Below are positions 52,701 to 57,061 of a stretch of DNA of 64,000 nt, piece after piece. The notes below the pieces were generated by a model. It was not told the origin of the DNA, searched no databases, and saw nothing but the letters and a program-made list of their open reading frames with translations. The translations under genes and the position numbers were made by a program. Numbering within the stretch: position 1 is the first letter of the stretch; every line of letters begins with the position of its first letter. Origin of the DNA: Giardia intestinalis (lineage: Eukaryota); NCBI GenBank assembly GCA_000002435.2, contig CM018792.1; one strand, 5' to 3'.

Positions 52701-55700
52701 ACCATGGTCTATTTTTGCGGCTAAAGTCCTCCGTCCACGCTTGAGGCGTTTAATTGCTCTGCGCTCCAGTAGATGTCGCTGATCAGAGACGTCGGTGTTG
52801 GCAATAATAGTACTGGTGAAGAGGCTTGTGAAATCCAAGAGAAGTGGATACATTGCAGCCGAAAGGTGTCTTGCAGCAATCAGGAAGGTATCTGGAAGAG
52901 TTCGAAATGGACAGGATAGCACGATACGTAGTTGTTGCTGCAAACCTACGCGTGATGGGTTGTAACTTAGTCTAGCATAATCCTTTTTTACAATTAGTCC
53001 AAACACGTCCTCCATGCGGGGGGCTTGACACTCTAACGGGAAGCCCGACTCAGCCAACTTCTGTAAATGGGGAATTGCCATATATTGATGCTTTATGCAG
53101 GCTTCAACATAATCGTCATAGGAATCCGTAGGTCTCGGGGTAGGAAGTAAGATCTGTCGAATCAGTTCGTTAGTCACGGTTAAATTACGGCCCGCCTGAC
53201 GTGTATTAGCGCGAGATACAGCTCTTGAAGCGGTCTCTCCTCTATGGCGAATAGCCGAACTATAGTCTTCTTCAGAGTAATAGTGCTTCTGAAATTCTAA
53301 ATTAATCAAGTAGCTTATTGTACGATAGTAACATTTCCCAGCGATAATTGTAAGCTGAAAGGGTACTATGCTTCGCCAATAAAGAAAGAAGAGGGACTTA
53401 ATGCATAAAAGCTGATCTGTGTGCTCGTGAAGGAGGATTTTAACGATGAGATTTGCCGCCAGTACAAGCTTATCTAGTACCTTAGTGTAATTATAGCTAC
53501 GTAAGTGAAGAGCGCTCTTGAGGTATGTGCTTGCCAGTTCTGACAATAAGCCCCGGTCCTCTGGGCAAACGTTTCCAAGTCGTGTCTGGAACGCATCACC
53601 TTCTGTGTTACAGTCACAAACACATTGCAGGTGTAAGCCAGAAAGGTCGGAAACATCTGTTCTTAGCTGCAGGAGAAGCTTTTGTAGCATTGACGCAATC
53701 GCGGAAAACTCGCTGTTGAAGAAATAGTTGGTCAGTTGGCCTGTTCTGGAACAAATGTCCTGCAGAGCAGGTAAAGCAGTGGACCGATAAGTACAGCCCC
53801 AGGTTACACAGTTTCTTAGGGCAGTAACGGCCTTAAAACGGGCTATCAGGCTTGATTGTCGATCCAAGACAGACATGAGAATGGGTTGATAGCGATCCTT
53901 TAAGGCACTGGAGAAGTGGTCGAGACTGTCCGATGCATTCAGCTCATCTCTAATACAAGTCAAAGAGTATCTCGAATAGTAAGAATGCAGCGAGACAGGA
54001 GCATATCGCAGTAGGCCAAGAACATTCAACTGAGTAGATATCTGTAGGCGCCGATCCTCTGGCATCGTGAGCCAGTTATCCCCTACAGACAAGAGAGTAG
54101 AAAGACTTATTTTCTGAACCCCTGCAAGGTGCTTGTTGTGGACCGCAGTAAGATGGAGTTTATATTCATGCAAATAATCCACTTGCAATTGCCTCAAGCG
54201 CTCGGGGAAGATGCCCATGGCTTGCGCCACAGAGTTAATGCGCCTCAACGTTCTGAAGAAAACGGGGTGTTGCAAATATCCAGTGTCCAAGGTGATATCG
54301 TACGAAGAATCAGCCTTGGAAATTTCCCAGTTGCAAATTGTATAGAAATTCTCCTGGGGCTCAGGGATAATGGTCTTAACAAAATCATTAGCGAGGGCAT
54401 TGGAGAGCTCGGATTCAACAACGTCCTTTGCTGAGAAAAGCTCGTCGATGGAGCATTCGGAATCAGTTACAATTGGGATGCTTGATAGCCTTTGAGGAAG
54501 AGAACTGGCTCTACACTGCCTTCTAGACTTCAAACTAGAGTGAAACATGTTCCTGGCACGCTTCTCGATCGTTGTGCGTTGAAGAGTGAAGTCATCCATT
54601 ATGCTTCCAAGCGTCTTGTCCTGGCCACAGCTGAGGGATAGATCATGTAAAGCCGTCACACTCCCTGATAGTGCAGATGTCTGAGGAGTCATATTAGACA
54701 AGGCTTGCCTAGCGTTCATTAAGTGCCGATCGTGATATGGAGAGGTGTTCCTGTTAATTCCATGAAGATTGACACTAGAGGAGTGGAGCAGGGCTTCTCT
54801 GAACTGAGGGGAAGCACGAGAAGAGGAATCTAAAAGGGGGTTCCGTATGACCTCCATACTTTGTCTAGTAAACGGATTGGTGACCGTAAAAAGTGCCTCA
54901 TTGATGCTGGAAGGCATCAGAAAAGGGTTAGCGCCATAATCAACAGGGTATTCTTCTTCTAATAGACGCATGCTTGGAAGTAGGGTCAGACGAGACACGG
55001 GAACACTATATGTTTCCCTATGAAGAACTAAGTCAGACTTTTGCAATCTGGCTTTGTAGAATGCCAATTCATCAGGTAGATCCAACAAGCTCGTCTCTGG
55101 AATTGTCGTTGCACTATTTGATTTGGCAACAAGATGTACATCCACACTCGCTCTATTGAGCCGCAGATCTAGTGACTCCAATGTTCCCACAAGAAACTTT
55201 ACACTCATCTGCGAAGTGATGCTCTCGCGCATTTCTGAGCAGTGTGCATGCATTGTCGACCTCGCTGGTGCTGCTGGCACATACAAGGACAGCGAATTGA
55301 CTGTCGGGGTGTCCAGGTTATGAATTAGAACGAGCTGAGCATCACATCCGTTATTATCATAAGCAGAAGGCAGAGATGGAAGGCAAACCTGCAGACCTAC
55401 ATCAATTTCCTTCAGCTCTTGGCAACGAGCAAACGCAGTGCGACGCCCATCAGGGCTAGCGGATAAAGCTGCAAAGTTACTAGATAGGATCCCCGAGGAT
55501 CCTGACTCTCTGTTAGACAGGTTGTTGGACCCTAACAAAAGTGGCCGTGGTCGAGTCGACGCATGGTGTGTTGATAAATGGGCCCTGAGCGGAGCGGATG
55601 GACTCTTAAGTGAAGATGTAGAAAAGTCTTTGGTTAACCGTATCGGAGCCATTGATGGGCCTCCGTGAAAAGTAAGATGCTTTAAAAATCGGACTTTTTT

Positions 55701-55706
55701 GTTCAT
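34782..55706 (-). CDS. Giant hypothetical protein, 6,974 aa (a 20.9-kb single exon).
   Basis: The reverse-strand ORF is uninterrupted from ATG 55704-55706 to the stop at 34782-34784. Codon usage matches its neighbours. The only motif I could recognise is a single Walker-A-like VFLEVCGDESMGKTSLIEIAELL, encoded at plus-strand 43596-43619. A second in-frame ATG at 55652 (M19) would leave a 52-bp AT-rich promoter shared with the divergent E2 gene. Confidence 0.8.
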   Translation of the reverse strand: MNKKVRFLKHLTFHGGPSMAPIRLTKDFSTSSLKSPSAPLRAHLSTHHASTRPRPLLLGSNNLSNRESGSSGILSSNFAALSASPDGRRTAFARCQELKEIDVGLQVCLPSLPSAYDNNGCDAQLVLIHNLDTPTVNSLSLYVPAAPARSTMHAHCSEMRESITSQMSVKFLVGTLESLDLRLNRASVDVHLVAKSNSATTIPETSLLDLPDELAFYKARLQKSDLVLHRETYSVPVSRLTLLPSMRLLEEEYPVDYGANPFLMPSSINEALFTVTNPFTRQSMEVIRNPLLDSSSRASPQFREALLHSSSVNLHGINRNTSPYHDRHLMNARQALSNMTPQTSALSGSVTALHDLSLSCGQDKTLGSIMDDFTLQRTTIEKRARNMFHSSLKSRRQCRASSLPQRLSSIPIVTDSECSIDELFSAKDVVESELSNALANDFVKTIIPEPQENFYTICNWEISKADSSYDITLDTGYLQHPVFFRTLRRINSVAQAMGIFPERLRQLQVDYLHEYKLHLTAVHNKHLAGVQKISLSTLLSVGDNWLTMPEDRRLQISTQLNVLGLLRYAPVSLHSYYSRYSLTCIRDELNASDSLDHFSSALKDRYQPILMSVLDRQSSLIARFKAVTALRNCVTWGCTYRSTALPALQDICSRTGQLTNYFFNSEFSAIASMLQKLLLQLRTDVSDLSGLHLQCVCDCNTEGDAFQTRLGNVCPEDRGLLSELASTYLKSALHLRSYNYTKVLDKLVLAANLIVKILLHEHTDQLLCIKSLFFLYWRSIVPFQLTIIAGKCYYRTISYLINLEFQKHYYSEEDYSSAIRHRGETASRAVSRANTRQAGRNLTVTNELIRQILLPTPRPTDSYDDYVEACIKHQYMAIPHLQKLAESGFPLECQAPRMEDVFGLIVKKDYARLSYNPSRVGLQQQLRIVLSCPFRTLPDTFLIAARHLSAAMYPLLLDFTSLFTSTIIANTDVSDQRHLLERRAIKRLKRGRRTLAAKIDHGEKDVLGISGLSGSNSDSSHNSESEFADSEEDLCVTAPRGGVCIATSNTDMHDNLAFPSAARVILRRLYHLGFSPSSLDFPGVLYRVTLNLTITFTRHLRRCSVDIVSPKARTLYGYYFHSIQQLEDSVCRIRSQREDIHKQKQKTMRLAIERDSDQLTRNKSLTIDDLYLTAKADNAQLYASLAVLDADYAERLKSVKIPLDYELQQVIWKMNDASKILSEEDLKLVQHSTQSLVESKQSEEVTALTDDLESLLEENRLNGYYFSSNCDASDHQLIVVYSQPHSLADVMDPALTSDLVSSLLISYVPQVERSLVPLWNLALDLSTIFFTLPIMVSLYFDYFFPTTLNIKLQLENPASPNKNTSALSLSLIDFYSDTFQDEVASAKGSCSSRFSSTRKSTRSAGKLTVTDRQLDALKHFCNMGIFPSSNLEGEAVEFLRLWNTLTESSSLSTLLSTQEALALPKPLTFKDTFLAGTSLQELYLDSSQFSLMTGTAFENFGYCSFLHITDHNILDHRMVNDRFESIASTARLVIDMVMDELMIGSCYSAIQSALTTSSMKNVYAYISTYGKDVGNISLYDPETSLYSEFGSSHILRAHVQGQGQVDPNPPDCPFLSARSFLSIQDPDVSSNLTKYSLLHPQFHKLIPQLDFSVIDKTLDGISLYGNGFHVLPANVYQTIFAISLHELKKSMASLLTYYRYLYLYIQYASLILITKTLSCELESLERDLQRPIDSPDSILAQQNLLDQLAGIKLHELYSFIYDASIVQYESLCARFLDTRSVFTVDELEDSAFSLLQRILSLKEKQAMAVAIFKQRRARFLELTAITEDWLETASRMLLDQIITVSSLTIPDAEGCEKVSLSSYEDHFTVMKMFTVPPIYRSKTIDGLPADSDADLAFFNSIFGATSLLNLPSPDLDTPILLQSICHEDAMLKTFVMNDSIIPFRLKSAQSLHQPQHDSLSNQLSVAHFLSVLYYVSVELLSLETLLERWRGALVSTDELLQTRGFLSSAPSLQQLHLCIQVFYTATVYPIQLNTFLQEAGSWDLSMLLPFIPRLYSVLDSTLNAVQVLSLWTQPLVDNMQHITELYMNSFAQGSTLLRSWEPRHECYGFSGGGFSILARTGSMLAKVIPSGWRRYLLLVQSSLQHIANDIVCLDLLGAPFFTTFHKKEIQSYLHIPDSPPVDDILVAIHSTACASEFLAYLYIKAQADSHAIAELEEAEKLLGGVLISAIDHIQLDSPPGYTNPRSQNSYSSDLSRCPIPLVRFVPEASSLQLSKSESILTSVAAGPRHHHDKIPVAEVGTLKGAILSVVQSLDCLPLPLLPYSSLLLCTTYSDAVHRRIQDLRAALRATTILYHSLCYVPRLFRYALTMYGYASFIEASVINRGVRSMADHPTLLYSVNVLTMQEATTLFNIYGQYSSLINSKLSTGTPLVCCATSAPVYKLVGSVLKDLDTIVHRLITAPHLFLFSKLLSSNQQPPKAPKSVAQRGTLLLTEYQPKFSPTISLGGHDTMQLKHLVPYLNGSHHFMSLLFPLWAPGSHVFIPNIKDLSICTRWVRSHAFPGITSLTAPFFPNGKQQITELVSHSETLSLVQPVRCPTQLYSLPDILFKPISSALLRCTSQVLTGLLKIVAAMDRLPLQQTLDLLSLACLASVPSCKSDLAFELHTIINSVVVIVNSAVYDALCVAISTTLKILLEDQLRCMAPEDFVEKFKNQRPILQRTYLFLHIILFTFKVRADAKSQCHDPLVLMSNKACKDSPRVKYNASYGDALNIWIIERYMLLLMLEHDLWVELRREQARHKAATAHLLKAISDDKTLAHTHAAYLSANKTFEFAGAHMDDYLRCTIYPMIFLQFTTNDSNTQSIDITLSNDMTSFETSAHWIGAPQAEDLYCVLPPQLQISMLRVLESFRRTNIVFLLLDKIPQLDCCSFPRFILRRLSRLMLCQSTLLFMTPTTFEKDIVHLMIRLAAGLLVGIVGFELLETEQQILMTHILKELQCPTGLIPGLAVVSPISAKARATIESLEFGNKWSSMTIDDQGSFLGTYVTIRDACVSDVLPQPHGMGKIVIFMHCLLPADLGSAGAKIASSQCPTSETPAPLIDQFGHPLCVDKHAKSILDNIYAPELIYFSFYSAYDIISHSSMTVLSSVLDVKWIAPVGRLSALSIASVRLAQISSFIIGEVDELMILSRSASDSPTSVALSALHYLLTRVPLDNKDASALRNTLWSVRTALVTSFMLPKADSDILTNAIEAYLSLQINGISDSLFYRYTVQYFYPFFTQCYKNRLSFLMIKYNQSFTLIYTAVTISQMLEISISPILMVSCSYEFACEVAQLVCDMKGLTAIRTTDHAEVQRLLGRHADLCVQSLIVYQVRALSDLHSISAAMFDLSDITPVLIVVSNSFYQQHLPAITYVYKRQFILPIVPRSIPHEMEFLLSPILPHRNMDREIPPSSLCLSQDASHSATSFYPSLLLNPSACGMNLQREVSLLLSDSDPSFIVPLPSVSHITSAWIAERSVYSFTRITDYVIQRVYSLFIRIIFPFCLQGIVEVVRKEFTLVFGGEHKLLSVAPTKVMASLIWYNLIQFKLVQRSDCVPGREFSANPTNEKRSSNDLDTFPLYFSPDSYDAYLSGELTAFQKAPSSPNPSKYAYFPEFQGLDKKSIPPKSDLFSQFINGTHWISDASNISTLKFCEETIQSLFHVSPNATLGLVHLLMFIFFAAWNAYSLTYLISRMSDISSPGPLSEISQTFRASICRLLTLFGFELNAPDRNASPSAAGHYTLSGYLLSALHITVLLDLWEKGINTPMATMTYEQRDKHILLSEYISKVVATKRFCLRDSIWTTLNVTASDCALAFASAASSIHGSLQNLIGKFVSSSSPGLSEVFAYVVPSLENKDPGCQRITFSYLSYKIGQGILSTLSCASQTQILDNISLDGAILYELKKGDIKDQYKKLCSDNFKDNATDHQARLAKLRDDLVLSTIAYSYGIPSCYQFSIQKPLSPTLFIDEPRTAIVVLIAACSTSAMLYPSGVFLEVCGDESMGKTSLIEIAELLMQDTFGPWARLTETATASAGEICNAFHSYYDKQGTAALFLNKLSRWSAGVLHVPNTSKQDDRDSLFSQLAQLSASAPPRQRTLGDGSHIVGEFSLMNTTLIVERRHDTRLSTHSCKETIDKITVSLPQLTLDHVLSLVQLAFSSNRSICYEMLNKAVSFLFSSYPDLFSNYDFLADLQRCLFWFPQLPSSSALETEAFVIREAYAHCTVCALAAALRNVPSMSNAKLVSILDGLLPAIGARALNICSLQALAPQWQVDVIETYLQAHNKEDRRALEQDDGQPPTTGQSENNDESKPSQVPRAKELTTEMHDLRAFYNTCSAAVAGIPDGLCYLIGILFQKVSQDDNSLVNSVESLPRREDTKRFDSAAPLSSKIYSQFKVNPLEVGCACGCININLDWLQRFPRYFELFTADLYLEHVAYDRQLAEAKMRHIPPPDTPRYISPSLALRVFEMHTESKAMGEHIVKVISCLQEYLRSPLPCIHPTHNLYSCLWKLFLWGMLMSPAKLSRLILNSMRDWPTESSGKYIDAYRVIQAHTTSGSFSDEATDHIIDELLSLHTDSPCLLSLALTEKEPPMSKEPQRPSNFGVSLDLRLSDLKDSFSLQPASSSVILPHNYLPVQWPTTPLLPINLSTSIITIPCYRLYTPFADYKHFQQISYLLQALEGYTSFLDLKLEHLYLSNYSNDTPALSLASDQLLSSRTKGSPVCGGSAKDCRGRLNDRVLVDIDTIVASVSHVSAGEKEKSTDKPSNRTAESFVKNLSIAVLELSAYLSSFDSDFLATLMLLRTAVCLAAGVNPIYFLYTINHTTAHSISQFGLLAPLAESLLRTPSTKYFDSGVSSGAAFTCMYTDEPLLHTHLPSILSVPGHLEHYVMHTFNKNCGTMSEFAHRFEQGGGMKGLLEQGESLMKKYLIEPSCVTILSSMDILMSAATGWPALSCLLQTTITPGNLVRALFTSEELSIILASLSLNAGLGRHLKAEELHSILASNLKIYVLHNGSIDCLATMSHPLDIRNFGIKKLLRSPDDTFDGSLAMFFDVLSKFSIRSTKIDFPSVHTISLNPLFPVAKYTAEQLLIHCKVNACQLSKVANLPEQLSINWEAHKVAVLLSCLSLHRACSRSSHNWQVPLQAYIKLTVDAIGMIFSRAQQYYANVNSINSLFKAYAYMTREAPLQGLKTHDSLYPDIYVTRFNNAQDSILPIESMSSKYLQYFVGNLVSHDSKVFGELCYMRNCLYSCLEACKGYSKLLASILGHVCYEAPVLVACMLYGVTGLLDRPTSDGARTTALEILIEALQQDGLTIMLPSSRSRSSSSSSASNRLKLFSVWTEHDLQSTDLFFRHFQVSLCLDTPLFLAEILFRDTLNNHEVYRHLLYAGMLFLLLGRRIFLTYSVLVPPLIFTLVASLRRFETPFCRLYEALVGVSNTADPAHSLRSTNQALYTYIHHIRQRRVELSVRQPYKQFCASVAKALAESDKAIVFSDVGARQVPQNNYSLLRKLLLLAATTRVDARQQITLGSQITYLFQPLSEYIFIISLSPDYDPSLTPVSVLHALHQAEMHRSGMLGSVIFLCNLSPCPGYDPEPAECAAVTDMLTESVFGPEFTSLSILHRRSTMFAKLSLSLNTFIDTFHSYLLEYGVGVFPINESFRSEKTIMTAEAYTQRRAEIEVMLSDFSSAYSTGSNSFQSTNRGYKQLTCAHSSGAKAASSVSILLDLLREVCLLFYALIPGADRALPLMDLQNRSSYPIGDEVSQFSVGQSVNILNEIQLGYLLRSRWHVWIEECATLTCDLLRYLRTQAKRDPTLLIETNRAALTPFQRTLCGQLTSFYNSTIKTELKRFFSAHSPLKSVSTASSIDNQCDSRDHADQPTTLLQTNFIADLITFRYDSLKYPVFYYIVLYPRILIDFVLQQILRYMLSRLTSTSALPHAHIHKLFLTLCTLSRLGPLEDELCNDRSTISRGDLEVAILHNDLRLLMDAQPHFGSQQTHDIDIKLLTCLCPQSLEEMASFIHTCLLSPPLPSHSTTLPDPSINYALDKIVPSQFSITKEAKQLFLSCVVISRFSEDSVDLLSYLAENPAAILVCSQYSCLLVTLVSLYLLDVGARSSLEHLLDRDPSVAAKRCADLEHCIASLMDAELEKDRKHLNLTYVPLLFQKPTMKGMYLAFLLSVLLRPESFTIASTLLLQIWGQYTSPLGHGPNLSNKPSIFVSEQPQRPRLPVMSHEEKHCAFPAGFLQVDEKGKALPETCICDSVVSLLRAAHAMIDSTLTLVSKRHELTPVSNNLTNQQVSSLVCDAHACGSSVEAIEEVVEHCRCYFPLTIVFSEGEMFSLDELFALDRRGYGDVTQYSFGDVPIVYQFPSSWTDFHRHSTVCLLSSPACLADELENLLCLINMHQYFNTTGMPAFPVWLIIPQHTVNRAIDAMGARLSHILEQLLYLSRPIIVRYKQPSVPSDLYKAALTHYFLQTETRRAPTIHQLDLLVVGLLHTCTHRTLQLGIESGPGILRYLDFLFTAQHGADQAPCPALLFTRSLNRFLFLCSGDPRYFMNDRARCAVQSCFEYYIVLKVLGIKGSLPLHGSKQVLATRVCRSQVQYKWRKSSLRLAEKEKDPISSNTVVVEGLCSQEQWRGSNANHGTDGKLDSENTPRLLKDIMALISPDRLIESVISPLLTLELPSHAPIKCLTGSKIVSIFDRVLKTLLANEEPSSMRGPSYGELAEFRSILNGHVNTTKNSMLHSLSCRDIPVCSVQSSLIQMLLDPACKIEEGAWKVSSVQKENGLQTLLSILQLSLALHRNVPAERVCFLAFLNDPPGRLYLTSSGVLTFADTDAHRSCTELYRFPICLQLTNLVFSAGTYDSSIQSLVSATAEQEQGYVHTISAYITAVALPEACPLSTIQPPAGYISISIQVGYIPLSWLLLPQSEDASVEDPPVINIADV
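55653..55704. promoter_or_regulatory. Candidate bidirectional promoter (an AT-rich 52 bp) between the giant gene and the E2 gene, if the giant gene starts at M19. Otherwise this is its first 18 codons.
   Basis: The plus-strand sequence is ccgtgaaaagtaagatgctttaaaaatcggacttttttgttc. On the minus strand it encodes MNKKVRFLKHLTFHGGPS but looks compositionally like a promoter. The E2 ATG at 55705 and the annotated giant-gene ATG at 55706 overlap inside a CATG. Confidence 0.35.
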
Positions 55707-56184
55707 GTCCCAGTCCTACACTAGACGCATTCTCGGGGACATGCGGCGGATGTCAGAGTACAATGGCATCTTCGCCACGGTGGACCCCAACAACATATCC
55801 CTCTGTGACGCTGTGGTCATTGGCCCCTCCAGCACAATCTGGGAACATGGCGTCTTTAGGCTTAAGGTGACATTTACTAATAATTATCCTGCCGAGCCAC
55901 CAGCGGTAAGATTTCTCTCAAGCATTTATCATCCCAACGTCTACAAAGACGGGAAGATATGCCTTGACATCCTGACCAAAAAGGAGTGGAAACCTGTATA
56001 TGATTTGGGTACTGTGCTTACCAGCATACGCTCGTTACTCTGCGACCCCAATCCCAAGGATCCCGCTAACTGTGATGCAGCATATGAGTACATATACGAC
56101 AGACATCTGTACGAAATGAAGGTGCGTGAGTGCGTGCGCAACAGCTGGCTGAACCCTTACGATGTCTACAAGAAAGAAGAGTGA
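55705..56184 (+). CDS. RAD6: Ubiquitin-conjugating enzyme E2, Rad6/UBC2 (UBE2A/B) family, 159 aa.
   Basis: MSQSYTRRILGDMRRM... matches the MSTPARRRLMRDFKRL-type N-terminus. The active site is PPAVRFLSSIYHPNVYKDGKICLDIL (compare UBE2A [26 protein letters not shown]). The C-terminal ...VRECVRNSW is Rad6-like. The track start at 55699 is TTG and the first ATG is at 55705. Confidence 0.9.
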   Translation: MSQSYTRRILGDMRRMSEYNGIFATVDPNNISLCDAVVIGPSSTIWEHGVFRLKVTFTNNYPAEPPAVRFLSSIYHPNVYKDGKICLDILTKKEWKPVYDLGTVLTSIRSLLCDPNPKDPANCDAAYEYIYDRHLYEMKVRECVRNSWLNPYDVYKKEE

Positions 56185-56232
56185 GCAGATCTACCTGCTC
56201 GGCACGTCTGAGCACCTTAGGCTTCTCAGTCC

Positions 56233-56991
56233 TTATTCTATATTGATAAACCGCGCCTCCTGCCCCTGCCGAAGTTTTATGTAAGGGGAGAACTGCTTGG
56301 GCTCTACGCGGATAGTCTTTGTGTCAATGGTTTCTGAAGAGGGCCCCCCAAGATGTGAAATTGTTAGTAAATTCAATTGTTTGTCTACTATTTCAACCTT
56401 AGTAAATCCAGGATTGACCTGGGCCGACCATGTTTTGGTTCTATTACCACTATCTGCGACGCCTATATAACACGGCTCTGCCACAGAGACAATGAAGAAT
56501 GCCCTGTTGTCTAAAACGCGCTGACCGAAGAAACTACCTTGTGTCTTAGCATGCAGGAGAGGCCCATTAATCTCCGCCTTGTCCGACGGAAACCACGAGT
56601 CGATGATGTGCATCTGGCAGCTCCAAACTGTTACTTGCTGGTACGAAAGGTTGATGTTGAATCTTCCAACGGTGGTCGGGGCAAAGCTGAATGCAAACCT
56701 TCCCAGGCGGCTGGTCTCCTTGAGCACCAGCTCCTCTGAATATTGCAGGGTATCAACGCTAGTGTTATGGTGGGTCATACTGAGCCGCAAAAGGTTTGGA
56801 AGCAGGAGCTTTGGGCAGAAATTAGACACTGGGAGGCCTTCTGTGCTGGGAATGTACACGTCTATAAAGCACGTGTACGATTTATTCAGCAACAAGACAC
56901 TGGGCTTGTTGATCCAGTGCACCTCTATATTGTCCAGGGCAGCAGTGGCATTACCATATGCTTCATAGAGAACATAGTTGCTGACACTCAT
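56233..56991 (-). CDS. Hypothetical protein, 252 aa, predicted mostly beta.
   Basis: A clean ATG-initiated ORF. Its ATG at 56989-56991 lies 70 bp from the divergent downstream gene across an AT-rich spacer. No recognisable motif. Confidence 0.6.
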   Translation of the reverse strand: MSVSNYVLYEAYGNATAALDNIEVHWINKPSVLLLNKSYTCFIDVYIPSTEGLPVSNFCPKLLLPNLLRLSMTHHNTSVDTLQYSEELVLKETSRLGRFAFSFAPTTVGRFNINLSYQQVTVWSCQMHIIDSWFPSDKAEINGPLLHAKTQGSFFGQRVLDNRAFFIVSVAEPCYIGVADSGNRTKTWSAQVNPGFTKVEIVDKQLNLLTISHLGGPSSETIDTKTIRVEPKQFSPYIKLRQGQEARFINIE

Positions 56992-57061
56992 GGATTGGTG
57001 CCTTGGCGGCTCGAGAAAGATTTTACTTTAGGTTTTTATTTCAAAAATAGCTGAACAGGTA
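56992..57061. promoter_or_regulatory. Putative 70-bp AT-rich bidirectional promoter.
   Basis: The spacer ...gagaaagattttactttaggtttttatttcaaaaatagctgaacaggta sits between divergent ATGs at 56991 (-) and 57062 (+). Confidence 0.45.
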
